Below are positions 35,549 to 44,248 of a stretch of 46,051 nucleotides of DNA, piece after piece (position 1 is the stretch's first letter; every line of letters begins with the position of its first letter). Source of the stretch: a virus (lineage: Duplodnaviria; Heunggongvirae; Uroviricota; Caudoviricetes). Made by a program: the position numbers and the translations under genes. The stretch lies in the IMG/VR virus record IMGVR_UViG_3300010275_000216. One strand, 5' to 3'. A model generated the notes under the pieces. The model did no database searches and had not been told where the DNA came from. It saw nothing but the letters and a program-made list of their open reading frames with translations.

Positions 35549-35704
35549 TTACTCCTCAGGTTCGTAAGCTGTGAAGACAGCGACCTCCGTCTGGCCGGTT
35601 CGGATTCGTACCTCGCAGAGGTCTTTCCTCGTTACCAGTGCCGTCACTATGACGGTTAAACAAATGACGATCAGGGCGATTAACATCGCCTTTTGCTGCT
35701 TCAT
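35549..35704 (-). CDS. hokD: Hok-family type I toxin (51 aa), HokD/RelF-like
   Basis: MKQQKAMLIALIVICLTVIVTALVTRKDLCEVRIRTGQTEVAVFTAYEPEE; AGGAG SD. Confidence 0.85.
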   Translation of the reverse strand: MKQQKAMLIALIVICLTVIVTALVTRKDLCEVRIRTGQTEVAVFTAYEPEE

Positions 35705-35900
35705 AGCCTGCTTCTCCTTGCCTTTCGGCACGTAAGAGGCTAACCTACATGTGTCTAGCATGAAATTGGCCTCAGATTAATGTTAAGCGTCTTGCAGGAC
35801 GCGTAATGTTAACTGGGGCTTTTCTCTATCTGCCGTTGGTGTTCATGCCCGAGGCAGATAGCCTCAAGCACCCGCAGCCATTCTACTTAACTACCGTTAC
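35705..35900. promoter_or_regulatory. hok leader region: in-frame 19-codon upstream extension (mok-like) and candidate antisense Sok-type RNA on plus strand
   Basis: ORF-track 70-aa form starts at ATG 35761; plus-strand promoter-like TTGCCT-17-TAACCT at about 35717-35745 oriented antisense to hok; inference only. Confidence 0.3.
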
Positions 35901-36319
35901 CTCGCCAATATGAAATCAATCAGTAAGGTGATCCATAAGAACAATAACAAGACAATAAATTGCCATTACAGCCACAATAGCCAGCGTGCATTTGAGAACC
36001 AGCACATAAATCTCCTGCTCTTGACGTATACAGGCACTGATAAATATGTGTCTTCGTGCTCGTTACTTCAATACGTAAGCGTCAGTTGCGCGTAATCAAA
36101 TCAGACAACCGACTTTAAACCAGGGACAAACAGCAGGTAAAATAATCAAACGTTATTTTAAGCCATATCATGGCTTCAAGATTTCCTCTAATTTCAACAA
36201 GATGAGCAGGTCATTGCTTGCACTGATGACCTGCTCATTAATCATGATTATTTGAAAATTAAGGTAGGCGTACTATATATAGAAACACTGCTACGCTCCG
36301 TTGTTGGCATAATATAAAA

Positions 36320-37006
36320 TCATTCCTGCCCTTCTTTACCGTAGTGGAGTTGACCAATTTTGATTAGAGGGCGTCCCTGAGATTTGCGGTGTAGATTGGT
36401 ATCGCGCAGTGAATACACGCAGCCACAATATTCCTGCTGATAGAATTGTTCGCGCTTGCTGATTTCAATCATGCGGGAAGAGCCGCCCTGCTTTCGCCAG
36501 TTATAATCCCAGTACACCATGCCCGGATAATACGCGACGGCTCGCCGTCCACAGTCGTTAACCTGCTGCATATTTTTCCAGCGTGAAATGCCCAGTGAGC
36601 TACTGATCACACTGAAACCATTTTCAGCGGCATACAGCGCAGTCCGCTCAAAACGCATGTCAAAACACATGGTACAACGGATCCCTCGTTCAGGCTCCCA
36701 TTCCATTCCTTTGGCTCGCTCAAACCAGTTGTCTGTGTCGTAATCAGCATCAATAAATGGCACGCCGTGTTGTTTAGCAAAGCGAATATTCTCATCCTTA
36801 CGAATTAAATACTCTTTCTGAGGATGAATGTTCGGGTTGTAGAAAAAGATGGTGTAGTCGATTCCCGAGGCCTGAAGCGCCTCCATCACTTCACCGGAAC
36901 ATGGAGCACAGCAAGAGTGCAGTAATAGTTTTTTTGCCCCGTTTGGGAGCTCCAATTTGGGGCGTTTGAAATCAGCAACAGTCATAAATGTGTTTATGAG
37001 GTTCAT
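36320..37006 (-). CDS. queH: QueH-like epoxyqueuosine reductase (DUF208)
   Basis: N-terminal [13 protein letters not shown], later CTMCFDMRF and QEYCGC motifs typical of DUF208/QueH; start uncertain (ATG 37006 or 36985, ORF-track GTG 37099), no clear SD. Confidence 0.55.
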   Translation of the reverse strand: MNLINTFMTVADFKRPKLELPNGAKKLLLHSCCAPCSGEVMEALQASGIDYTIFFYNPNIHPQKEYLIRKDENIRFAKQHGVPFIDADYDTDNWFERAKGMEWEPERGIRCTMCFDMRFERTALYAAENGFSVISSSLGISRWKNMQQVNDCGRRAVAYYPGMVYWDYNWRKQGGSSRMIEISKREQFYQQEYCGCVYSLRDTNLHRKSQGRPLIKIGQLHYGKEGQE

Positions 37007-37038
37007 GAAAATAGCAAAAAGTGTAGCATCAGAACGGG

Positions 37039-37341
37039 CTATCGGAAACAGATGTCTAAATCTGGTAATGTCTGCTTTTGATGCAAAGCAGACAACCACG
37101 GCAGCGCACGAAAATCAGCGATAATGTCGGGATTAATAATCGGGTGACGTCCATCACATAGCGAATGTTCCTCTTTCCTGATATCGCTAAATATCGACCA
37201 TTCGTCATTCTTATCGAACCAGAGCATGCGACTGCCACAGCACATGTCGAGAATGGTAGCCGATGTACTCACAGCATCACCTCCCGATAATTCCCCTGAT
37301 AAAACGTCAGAACACGCTGCATAACTTCGCTCTTCCGGCAC
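37039..37341 (-). CDS. doubtful ORF (100 aa, GTG start) overlapping neighbours in other frames; possibly remnant of a frameshifted gene
   Basis: No SD at any candidate start; overlaps 3' end of the 140-aa gene and 5' region of the QueH-like ORF. Confidence 0.2.
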   Translation of the reverse strand: MPEERSYAACSDVLSGELSGGDAVSTSATILDMCCGSRMLWFDKNDEWSIFSDIRKEEHSLCDGRHPIINPDIIADFRALPWLSALHQKQTLPDLDICFR

Positions 37342-37691
37342 TCGCGACAGATTATGTTTAGACGACTGTCGTAGCGGCGTATTTCTCCATCAGGTAATGA
37401 CCAGATAAGGTCCGGATCAACCACAGCAGGTTTCTTCACCTTTGCCCTCGAGAGTTTTTTGCGGGCGTTTTGCCAGTCCTTACGCGCCTGTTCAGACGGG
37501 AATAACCCGTAGCCGGAGTTGTATACATCGCCACTGGCTACCAGCTCTCTGGCAAGAACGCTCATCAGATATCTAGTCGCACCTGTTTTAGCTTCCAGTT
37601 GCCGTAACGTCTCACGACCGCTCTGGCGCACGAGTTCCACCACCTGCCCTTTAATTTTTTCCCGCTCTTCTTGTGTAAAAACTTTTGCCAC
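37269..37691 (-). CDS. hypothetical early-region protein (140 aa), GTG start
   Basis: GTG preceded by strong SD AAGGGGGA; follows replication gene. Confidence 0.5.
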   Translation of the reverse strand: MAKVFTQEEREKIKGQVVELVRQSGRETLRQLEAKTGATRYLMSVLARELVASGDVYNSGYGLFPSEQARKDWQNARKKLSRAKVKKPAVVDPDLIWSLPDGEIRRYDSRLNIICRECRKSEVMQRVLTFYQGNYREVML

Positions 37692-37731
37692 AAGTCCCCC
37701 TTAAAATTACCTCATGACCTGAAATCAACAT

Positions 37732-38697
37732 TTATCCTCTGAAACCAGGCGGAATTTCTGTATCCGGTTCAGAAATATGATTAACACAACGCTGTACAGG
37801 TGAACGTCCCAGGCGGATGACCAGTTCGTCCCATTTTTCGCGGAGCTTTGACGGGCTCATGATGTTTTTTACCCAGAATGGATCTCGCTGAACCCGACCA
37901 AACATTTCGCAAATTTGTCTGTGGCTTCTGCCATCCAGCATCCGCATTGTGCGCACGTCATTGGCCCAGGCAGTCCAGTTAGGCTCTTTTGGTCGCATGA
38001 TCTCGCCATCATCACTGGCTGCCTGTTCGTAGAGACCCACGATCCGCCCCCAGATCCACTGCGCACACGCCAAATCCTCCCTGCTACCCCACTGGCTTTT
38101 TTTCGCACTAAACACAACCGCGTCGGAGTTCCGGGTTAAAAAATCCTGTTCAGTCGTCTGCGGGTCCGGTTGCGAAGCTTCCGGACGAAAAGTGTTTTTA
38201 TTCTCTGTAGTAATCTCTGTTGTATTCTCTGTAAGATCATCAGGCCATTTTGACCCGATGACATTGGATCGTTTTGAACCAATGGAGCGTTTCATTTTGA
38301 CCTCTTCCATCGTGTCATTTTGACCTGATGGAGCGGCGCATTTTGAACCGATGGATTCGCTCAATTTGCCATCATCTAAAAGCTCGCTCTCGTAGTTGAT
38401 CGTGTAGAAATTGGTCATATCGCGCTTTGATTTATTGAGCTTTTCACAACGCAAAAGCCCCAGCTTTTTCAGACTTGCAAACGCGCGCTTTAACGTTGAC
38501 TCTGACCAGAATGGGAACTGTTCCAGCCATTGTTCCGTTGTGTTGTAAATCCAGCGAACACCATCACATTCCATGCCGGAATTGGTATCTCTCAACCAGT
38601 AATGCAACTGCTGCAACACAATGGCTTCATTTAAGCCAATCTTCATCGCAAGCTGTGTGTTTATAACCAGTGGGCGTTCAGCAAAAAGAAGGCTCAT
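37732..38697 (-). CDS. putative phage replication initiation / replisome organizer protein (O-like, about 321 aa)
   Basis: N-terminal winged-helix-like region, position downstream of cro-like/cII-like genes; ORF-track TTG start replaced by ATG 38697. Confidence 0.5.
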   Translation of the reverse strand: MSLLFAERPLVINTQLAMKIGLNEAIVLQQLHYWLRDTNSGMECDGVRWIYNTTEQWLEQFPFWSESTLKRAFASLKKLGLLRCEKLNKSKRDMTNFYTINYESELLDDGKLSESIGSKCAAPSGQNDTMEEVKMKRSIGSKRSNVIGSKWPDDLTENTTEITTENKNTFRPEASQPDPQTTEQDFLTRNSDAVVFSAKKSQWGSREDLACAQWIWGRIVGLYEQAASDDGEIMRPKEPNWTAWANDVRTMRMLDGRSHRQICEMFGRVQRDPFWVKNIMSPSKLREKWDELVIRLGRSPVQRCVNHISEPDTEIPPGFRG

Positions 38698-39199
38698 AAT
38701 TCCATCCAGCTTTTTGTTGGTATTGCTGTCGATACGCAAGTTTGAAAGCAATTGCTTTTTCTATAAGTTCGTCAGTTTCACGATCCACTACGGCAGGATC
38801 AGCAAAAAGCAGTCCGGACTCCACCACATCGCCATATTCTTTGTTTAACCCGGCGATCATGTACGTGATGCTTTTTCCGTCACTAATTTCACGATACAAC
38901 CTGAAATCATTAATCCGGATAGCCTCCATAATTGCAGGCACTAGCGCCGTGAACTTTTCACGCTTATCCCTGGTGTCGATAGCCTTCCAGCGTTCGAATA
39001 TCTTCACTCGATTAACGCCAAGCGCTCGCTGATCAACCGCGCCACCTTCATCTGTGACACGCTGAACATCGATGTTCGGGCGCTCTTTCAAAGCCCAGAA
39101 TGCTTCAGTGATTAATATCGTCGCCTGCTCCTGTGTCATTCCTGGTCGACATATCCAGGCATCCAGAGCCTCACGAGCCTGTTCAGGAGTGATTTTCAT
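38678..39199 (-). CDS. early regulatory protein (173 aa), YdaT/cII-position
   Basis: Immediately follows cro-like gene with overlap; family assignment uncertain. Confidence 0.4.
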   Translation of the reverse strand: MKITPEQAREALDAWICRPGMTQEQATILITEAFWALKERPNIDVQRVTDEGGAVDQRALGVNRVKIFERWKAIDTRDKREKFTALVPAIMEAIRINDFRLYREISDGKSITYMIAGLNKEYGDVVESGLLFADPAVVDRETDELIEKAIAFKLAYRQQYQQKAGWNYEPSFC

Positions 39200-39410
39200 T
39201 GTTCAACCGCCCCGCCCGCTTCGTCTTACGATATTCGTCATAAACCTTGGGATCATACTGAAGCTCGCCGCCAGATGCCTCCTGTAGACGCATCGCGCGA
39301 CCTTCAGGAACCAGCTCTTGCCATTGAGAAACAGCAGATGGGTCAACGCCAGCAGCTTTCGCTACTTTGGCTTTCGTACCGTAAAAATTAATTACGTCTG
39401 ATTTAAACAT
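39183..39410 (-). CDS. dicC: Cro-like HTH regulator, DicC/YdaS family (75 aa)
   Basis: FYGTKAKVAKAAGVDPSAVSQW...SGGELQYDPKVY HTH; ATG 39410 with GGAGGTG SD; divergent from dicA-like repressor. Confidence 0.7.
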   Translation of the reverse strand: MFKSDVINFYGTKAKVAKAAGVDPSAVSQWQELVPEGRAMRLQEASGGELQYDPKVYDEYRKTKRAGRLNNENHS

Positions 39411-39419
39411 CGCACCTCC

Positions 39420-39440
39420 AATATTGAGTTTTCTCAATAC
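39420..39440. promoter_or_regulatory. operator-like inverted repeat TATTGAG-TTTT-CTCAATA in the dicC-dicA intergenic region
   Basis: Perfect 7-bp inverted repeat between divergent repressor and cro-like genes. Confidence 0.55.
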
Positions 39441-39487
39441 TAATCACTCAAGGAATCTCAAGTCAAGGGTTATTAAGATATCTAAAT

Positions 39488-39895
39488 ATGAACGAGAAAA
39501 CTTTAGGTCAACGCATTAGAGAAAGACGTAAGCAGGTAGGCTTAAGTCAAAACGGTTTAAGCAAAGCTGCTGGCGTATCTGGCTCATCAATTTCATTATG
39601 GGAAAGTGACCATACAGCCCCGCGCGGGCAAAATTTGCATCGCCTCGCCGAGGTATTACAATGTTCACCAACCTGGATACTGTTTGGCGACGAGGACAAA
39701 ACACCAGCTCCCCCTGTTTCACTCGATAGTGCCTTAGACTTATCGGAAGATGAGTTAGAGATGCTGCGTTTGTATCGTGCACTTCCTAAATCAGAGCAAC
39801 AAGCACAACTCAGCGAACTCCGCGCCCGCGTTGAGAATTTTAATCGCCTGTTCACCGAGCTATTAGAGGCTCGCAAACGCAACAAGCATCAATAA
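39488..39895 (+). CDS. dicA: prophage repressor DicA (XRE-family HTH, 135 aa)
   Basis: 135 aa; ...QVGLSQNGLSKAAGVSGSSISLWE... HTH and ...LQCSPTWILFGDEDK... segment as DicA. Confidence 0.85.
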   Translation: MNEKTLGQRIRERRKQVGLSQNGLSKAAGVSGSSISLWESDHTAPRGQNLHRLAEVLQCSPTWILFGDEDKTPAPPVSLDSALDLSEDELEMLRLYRALPKSEQQAQLSELRARVENFNRLFTELLEARKRNKHQ

Positions 39896-39956
39896 TCATC
39901 CCTTCACAAAATTTTAAAGCCTTACATTTCAATGTATTGGCTTTATCTTGCGTCAA

Positions 39957-39973
39957 TACTTGAGTTTTCTCAT
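39957..39973. promoter_or_regulatory. second copy of the operator core TTGAGTTTTCTCA, upstream of ydfA; partial inverted copy TGAGAAAACT at about 39997-40006
   Basis: 13-mer identical to the core of the 39420-39440 site. Confidence 0.45.
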
Positions 39974-40087
39974 CAAAAAACCTTGACGAAAAATAATGAG
40001 AAAACTAAATTACCTCCATCAAGACACCGCACGGTGTTCTCAGCAAACAGTTCCGCTACCCCGGCGTTAAGGGGAAATGAGGTCAGC

Positions 40088-40243
40088 ATGGATACTATCG
40101 ATCTTGGCAACAACGAATCTCTGGTATGTGGCGTGTTCCCCAACCAGGACGGCACGTTCACCGCGATGACGTATACCAAAAGCAAAACGTTTAAAACCGA
40201 AAATGGTGCCCGTCGCTGGCTGGAAAGAAACTCAGGTGAGTGA
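40088..40243 (+). CDS. ydfA: YdfA-like small protein (51 aa)
   Basis: MDTIDLGNNESLVCGVFPNQDGTFTAMTYTKSKTFKTENGARRWLERNSGE; ATG with GAGG SD. Confidence 0.7.
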   Translation: MDTIDLGNNESLVCGVFPNQDGTFTAMTYTKSKTFKTENGARRWLERNSGE

Positions 40244-40244
40244 T

Positions 40245-40820
40245 ATGGATTTCGACACAATCATGGAAAAGGCTTACGAAGAATACTTCGAAGGCCTTGC
40301 CGAAGGCGAAGAAGCTCTCAGCTTCAGTGAGTTTAAACAGGCACTCAGAATAAGAATGTGCTCTCACAATGACGCAGAGCACAAATATGAGAAGCAAAAT
40401 CAGACCGCAGAAAATTTTGTTCTGGAACCCGGAGAAACGCTTTTCAAAATTCCCGTTACGTGCCCCATTTGCGGTTTTACATCAGAAGAACTTGACGACT
40501 CCTGTAACAATCAGGAAACAACCAAGTATGTCGAAGATGATACCGAGTGCGCACGAAGAACGATTATATCCACGAGTCCAAACTCCAGGACCAATAAATC
40601 TCACTTTGAGAGGGTGATTAATCCACTCCCCCAAACCAATAAAAAAGATGCCGGAGGACAAAAAACCCAATGGAACAACGGGATATCTGTCAAAAAAAGA
40701 CGTTCCATTAAAGACAAACAACGCAGCGCCAACAACTGTAAGCGCTTTATTCCAGTAATCAATTTTCATGTTCTTAAGCGGATTTATTGGTGGTTGCGAC
40801 ATTGCTTAATGAATCCTTAA
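40245..40820 (+). CDS. YdfB/YdfC-region protein as a single 191-aa ORF
   Basis: Starts MDFDTIMEKAYEEYFEGLAEGEE (ydfB-like) and continues uninterrupted; contains CPICGF. Confidence 0.5.
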   Translation: MDFDTIMEKAYEEYFEGLAEGEEALSFSEFKQALRIRMCSHNDAEHKYEKQNQTAENFVLEPGETLFKIPVTCPICGFTSEELDDSCNNQETTKYVEDDTECARRTIISTSPNSRTNKSHFERVINPLPQTNKKDAGGQKTQWNNGISVKKRRSIKDKQRSANNCKRFIPVINFHVLKRIYWWLRHCLMNP

Positions 40821-41079
40821 AACTGTGGTGATTTTAAGGATACCACCTCGCCTGACGTGGTTAAAAGCAGGCACACAACACGAAAGCGCACGGCGAAGTT
40901 CGTCTCACTGTACGGTGTCGTTAAATTTAATTCGACCGTGCGCTTCCGGTTGTGGCAACCCGCGAAATGGCGCGGCGGTAAGTATGGCGGGGTTATTCCT
41001 TCCCCGTAGAGGACACCGAGTTGTCAGGTTGACCATACGCTTAAGTGACAACCCCGCTGCAACGCCCTCTGTTATCAAT

Positions 41080-41137
41080 TTTCTGGTGACGTTTGGCGGT
41101 ATCAGTTTTACTCCGTGACTGCTCTGCCGCCGTTTTT
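41080..41137 (+). ncRNA. dicF: DicF small RNA (ftsZ-targeting sRNA of the dicB operon) with terminator U-tract
   Basis: TTTCTGGTGACGTTTGGCGGTATCAGTTTTACTCCGTGACTGCTCTGCCGCCGTTTTT matches the DicF sequence as I recall it over 52 of 53 nt; correct operon position between ydfBC and dicB. Confidence 0.8.
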
Positions 41138-41306
41138 AAAGTGAGTTTTGTGATGCGGTGAATGCGGCTAAGCGCACGCGGAACAGTTAAAACCAAAAAC
41201 AGTGTTATGGGTGGATTCTCTGTATCCGGCGTTAATTGTTAACTGGTTAACGTCACCTGGAGGCACCAGGCACTGCATCACAAAATTCATTGTTGAGGAC
41301 GCGATA

Positions 41307-41495
41307 ATGAAAACGTTATTACCAAACGTTAATACGTCTGAAGGTTGTTTTGAAATTGGTGTCACTATCAGTAACCCTGTATTTACTGAAGATGCCATTA
41401 ACAAGAGAAAACAAGAACGGGAGCTATTAAATAAAATATGCATTGTTTCAATGCTGGCTCGTTTACGTCTGATGCCAAAAGGATGTGCACAATGA
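41307..41495 (+). CDS. dicB: cell division inhibitor DicB (62 aa)
   Basis: MKTLLPNVNTSEGCFEIGVTISNPVFTEDAINKRKQERELLNKICIVSMLARLRLMPKGCAQ. Confidence 0.85.
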   Translation: MKTLLPNVNTSEGCFEIGVTISNPVFTEDAINKRKQERELLNKICIVSMLARLRLMPKGCAQ

Positions 41496-41683
41496 ATTCA
41501 GCATTTGCGCTTGTTCTGACAGTTTTTCTTGTTTCCGGAGAGCCAGTTGATATTGCAGTCAGTGTTCACAGGACAATGCAGGAGTGTATGACTGCAGCAA
41601 CCGAACAGAAAATTCCCGGTAACTGTTACCCGGTCGATAAAGTTATTCACCAGGATAATATCGAAATCCCGGCAGGTCTTTAA
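41492..41683 (+). CDS. ydfD: YdfD-like small membrane/lysis protein (63 aa)
   Basis: MNSAFALVLTVFLVSGEPVDIAVSVHRTMQECMTAATEQKIPGNCYPVDKVIHQDNIEIPAGL; start overlaps dicB stop. Confidence 0.75.
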   Translation: MNSAFALVLTVFLVSGEPVDIAVSVHRTMQECMTAATEQKIPGNCYPVDKVIHQDNIEIPAGL

Positions 41684-41776
41684 AACAGTTCCGTAATAAA
41701 TATCCGGTTTCATTCTTATATGCCAGCAATAGCAGGGATTTGTTCATCCTTAAATCTGTCATGAGGTTAAAACAAA

Positions 41777-44248
41777 ATGAGTAAAGTCTTTATTTGCGCC
41801 GCTATTCCTGACGAACTGGCAACAAGGGAAGAAGGCGCTGTGGCTGTAGCCACAGCCATTGAAGCTGGCGACGAACGCCGTGCTCGAGCAAAATTTCACT
41901 GGCAGTTCCTGGAACATTATCCGGCTGCTCAGGACTGCGCTTATAAATTTATTGTCTGCGAGGATAAACCTGGCATACCCCGCCCTGCCCTCGATTCATG
42001 GGATGCTGAATATATGCAGGAAAACCGCTGGGATGAGGAGTCTGCTTCTTTTGTCCCGGTTGAGACTGAATCCGATCCGATGAACGTCACTTTTGACAAG
42101 CTGGCCCCTGAAGTACAGAACGCTGTCATGGTTAAGTTCGACACATGTGAAAACATCACCGTTGATATGGTTATTAGCGCACAGGAATTGTTGCAGGAAG
42201 ACATGGCAACATTCGACGGACATATCGTTGAAGCGTTGATGAAAATGCCAGAAGTTAACGCCATGTATCCGGAGCTTAAGTTGCACGCCATTGGGTGGGT
42301 TAAGCATAAATGTATTCCTGGTGCTAAATGGCCCGAAATTCAGGCAGAGATGCGCATCTGGAAAAAACGTCGCGAAGGTGAACGCAAGGAAACCGGAAAA
42401 TACACGTCTGTTGTTGATCTCGCCCGCGCCAGAGCCAATCAACAGTACACTGAAAATTCAACAGGAAAAATCAGCCCGGTCATTGCTGCCATTCATCGCG
42501 AATACAAGCAGACATGGAAAACACTGGATGACGAACTGGCCTACGCTCTCTGGCCTGGTGATGTGGATGCCGGAAACATTGACGGCAGCATCCATCGCTG
42601 GGCAAAAAAAGAAGTTATCGACAACGACCGCGAAGACTGGAAGCGTATCTCGGCATCAATGCGCAAACAGCCTGATGCCCTTCGCTACGACCGCCAGACT
42701 ATTTTTGGCCTTGTCCGTGAGCGTCCGATCGACATTCACAAAGATCCCATAGCACTGAACAAATATATCTGCGAATACCTGACGACAAAGGGCGTGTTTG
42801 AGAATGAAGAAACAGACCTGGGCACTGTTGATGTTCTCCAGTCATCAGAAACACAAACTGATGCAGTGGAAACTGAGGTATCTGATATCCCAAAAAATGA
42901 AACCGCGCCGGAAGCTGAACCATCTGTAGAGCGTGAGGGGCCGTTCTATTTCCTCTTCGCAGATAAGGACGGAGAAAAATACGGTCGCGCAAACAAACTT
43001 TCTGGTCTGGATAAGGCACTGGCTGCTGGCGCCACTGAAATCACAAAAGAAGAATATTTTGCCCGAAAAAATGGCACATACACGGGCTTACCGCAAAATG
43101 TAGATACCGCTGAAGATTCAGAACAACCAGAGCCGATAAAAGTTACCGCTGACGAAGTAAACAAAATTATGCAGGCAGCCAATATCAGCCAGCCTGACGC
43201 CGATAAGTTGCTTGCTGCATCACGTGGTGAATTTGTTGAAGGGATTAGTGACCCGAATGATCCGAAATGGGTTAAGGGGATCCAGACCCGCGATTCTGTG
43301 AACCAGAACCAGCATGAATCGGAACGGAACTACCAAAAAGCGGAACAAAACAGCACAAATGCGTTACAAAACGAGCCAGAAACGAAACAGCCTGAACCAG
43401 TGGCGCAACAGGAAGTGGAAAAAGTCTGCACCGCCTGCGGTCAGACCGGCGGCGGCAACTGCCCTGATTGTGGCGCGGTGATGGGCGACGCAACATACCA
43501 AGAAACATTCGATGAAGAGTATCAGGTTGAAGTTCAGGAAGATGATCCGGAGGAAATGGAAGGCGCTGAACATCCACACAAGGAGAACACTGGCGGCAAT
43601 CAGCATCACAATAGCGATAATGAAACTGGCGAGACGGCAGATCACTCAATTAAGGTGAACGGTCATCACGAAATCACATCCACCAGCAGGACGTGTGACC
43701 ATCTAATGATCGACCTTGAAACCATGGGAAAAAATCCTGATGCCCCGATCATCTCAATAGGTGCAATATTTTTCGATCCGCAAACCGGAGATATGGGACC
43801 GGAATTTAGTAAGACTATCGATCTGGAAACTGCTGGCGGAGTCATTGATCGGGACACCATTAAATGGTGGCTTAAGCAATCACGCGAAGCGCAATCTGCC
43901 ATTATGACCGATGAAATCCCGTTAGATGATGCACTGTTACAATTGCGGGAATTTATCGACGAAAACTCCGGTGAATTTTTTGTTCAGGTTTGGGGAAATG
44001 GAGCCAACTTCGACAACACGATTTTGCGCCGTTCATACGAACGGCAGGGGATCCCCTGCCCGTGGCGTTACTACAACGATCGCGATGTACGCACAATCGT
44101 TGAGCTGGGGAAAGCCATAGACTTCGATGCCAGAACGGCTATTCCATTCGAAGGTGAGCGCCATAATGCACTTGATGACGCCCGTTACCAGGCAAAATAC
44201 GTTTCAGTTATCTGGCAAAAACTGATCCCGAGTCAGGCTGATTCTTAA
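41777..44248 (+). CDS. large early protein (823 aa): YdfE-like N-terminal region, central zinc ribbon, C-terminal DnaQ-like DEDDh 3'-5' exonuclease domain
   Basis: C-terminal motifs MIDLETMG (Exo I), WGNGANFDNTIL (Exo II), HNALDDARY (Exo III); CTACGQTGGGNCPDCG zinc ribbon; position after ydfD. Confidence 0.7.
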   Translation: MSKVFICAAIPDELATREEGAVAVATAIEAGDERRARAKFHWQFLEHYPAAQDCAYKFIVCEDKPGIPRPALDSWDAEYMQENRWDEESASFVPVETESDPMNVTFDKLAPEVQNAVMVKFDTCENITVDMVISAQELLQEDMATFDGHIVEALMKMPEVNAMYPELKLHAIGWVKHKCIPGAKWPEIQAEMRIWKKRREGERKETGKYTSVVDLARARANQQYTENSTGKISPVIAAIHREYKQTWKTLDDELAYALWPGDVDAGNIDGSIHRWAKKEVIDNDREDWKRISASMRKQPDALRYDRQTIFGLVRERPIDIHKDPIALNKYICEYLTTKGVFENEETDLGTVDVLQSSETQTDAVETEVSDIPKNETAPEAEPSVEREGPFYFLFADKDGEKYGRANKLSGLDKALAAGATEITKEEYFARKNGTYTGLPQNVDTAEDSEQPEPIKVTADEVNKIMQAANISQPDADKLLAASRGEFVEGISDPNDPKWVKGIQTRDSVNQNQHESERNYQKAEQNSTNALQNEPETKQPEPVAQQEVEKVCTACGQTGGGNCPDCGAVMGDATYQETFDEEYQVEVQEDDPEEMEGAEHPHKENTGGNQHHNSDNETGETADHSIKVNGHHEITSTSRTCDHLMIDLETMGKNPDAPIISIGAIFFDPQTGDMGPEFSKTIDLETAGGVIDRDTIKWWLKQSREAQSAIMTDEIPLDDALLQLREFIDENSGEFFVQVWGNGANFDNTILRRSYERQGIPCPWRYYNDRDVRTIVELGKAIDFDARTAIPFEGERHNALDDARYQAKYVSVIWQKLIPSQADS

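Noticed and set aside
40825-41118. 97-aa ORF overlapping the DicF region
   Set aside because: Overlaps the recognisable DicF sRNA and its processing leader; no SD; more likely non-coding.
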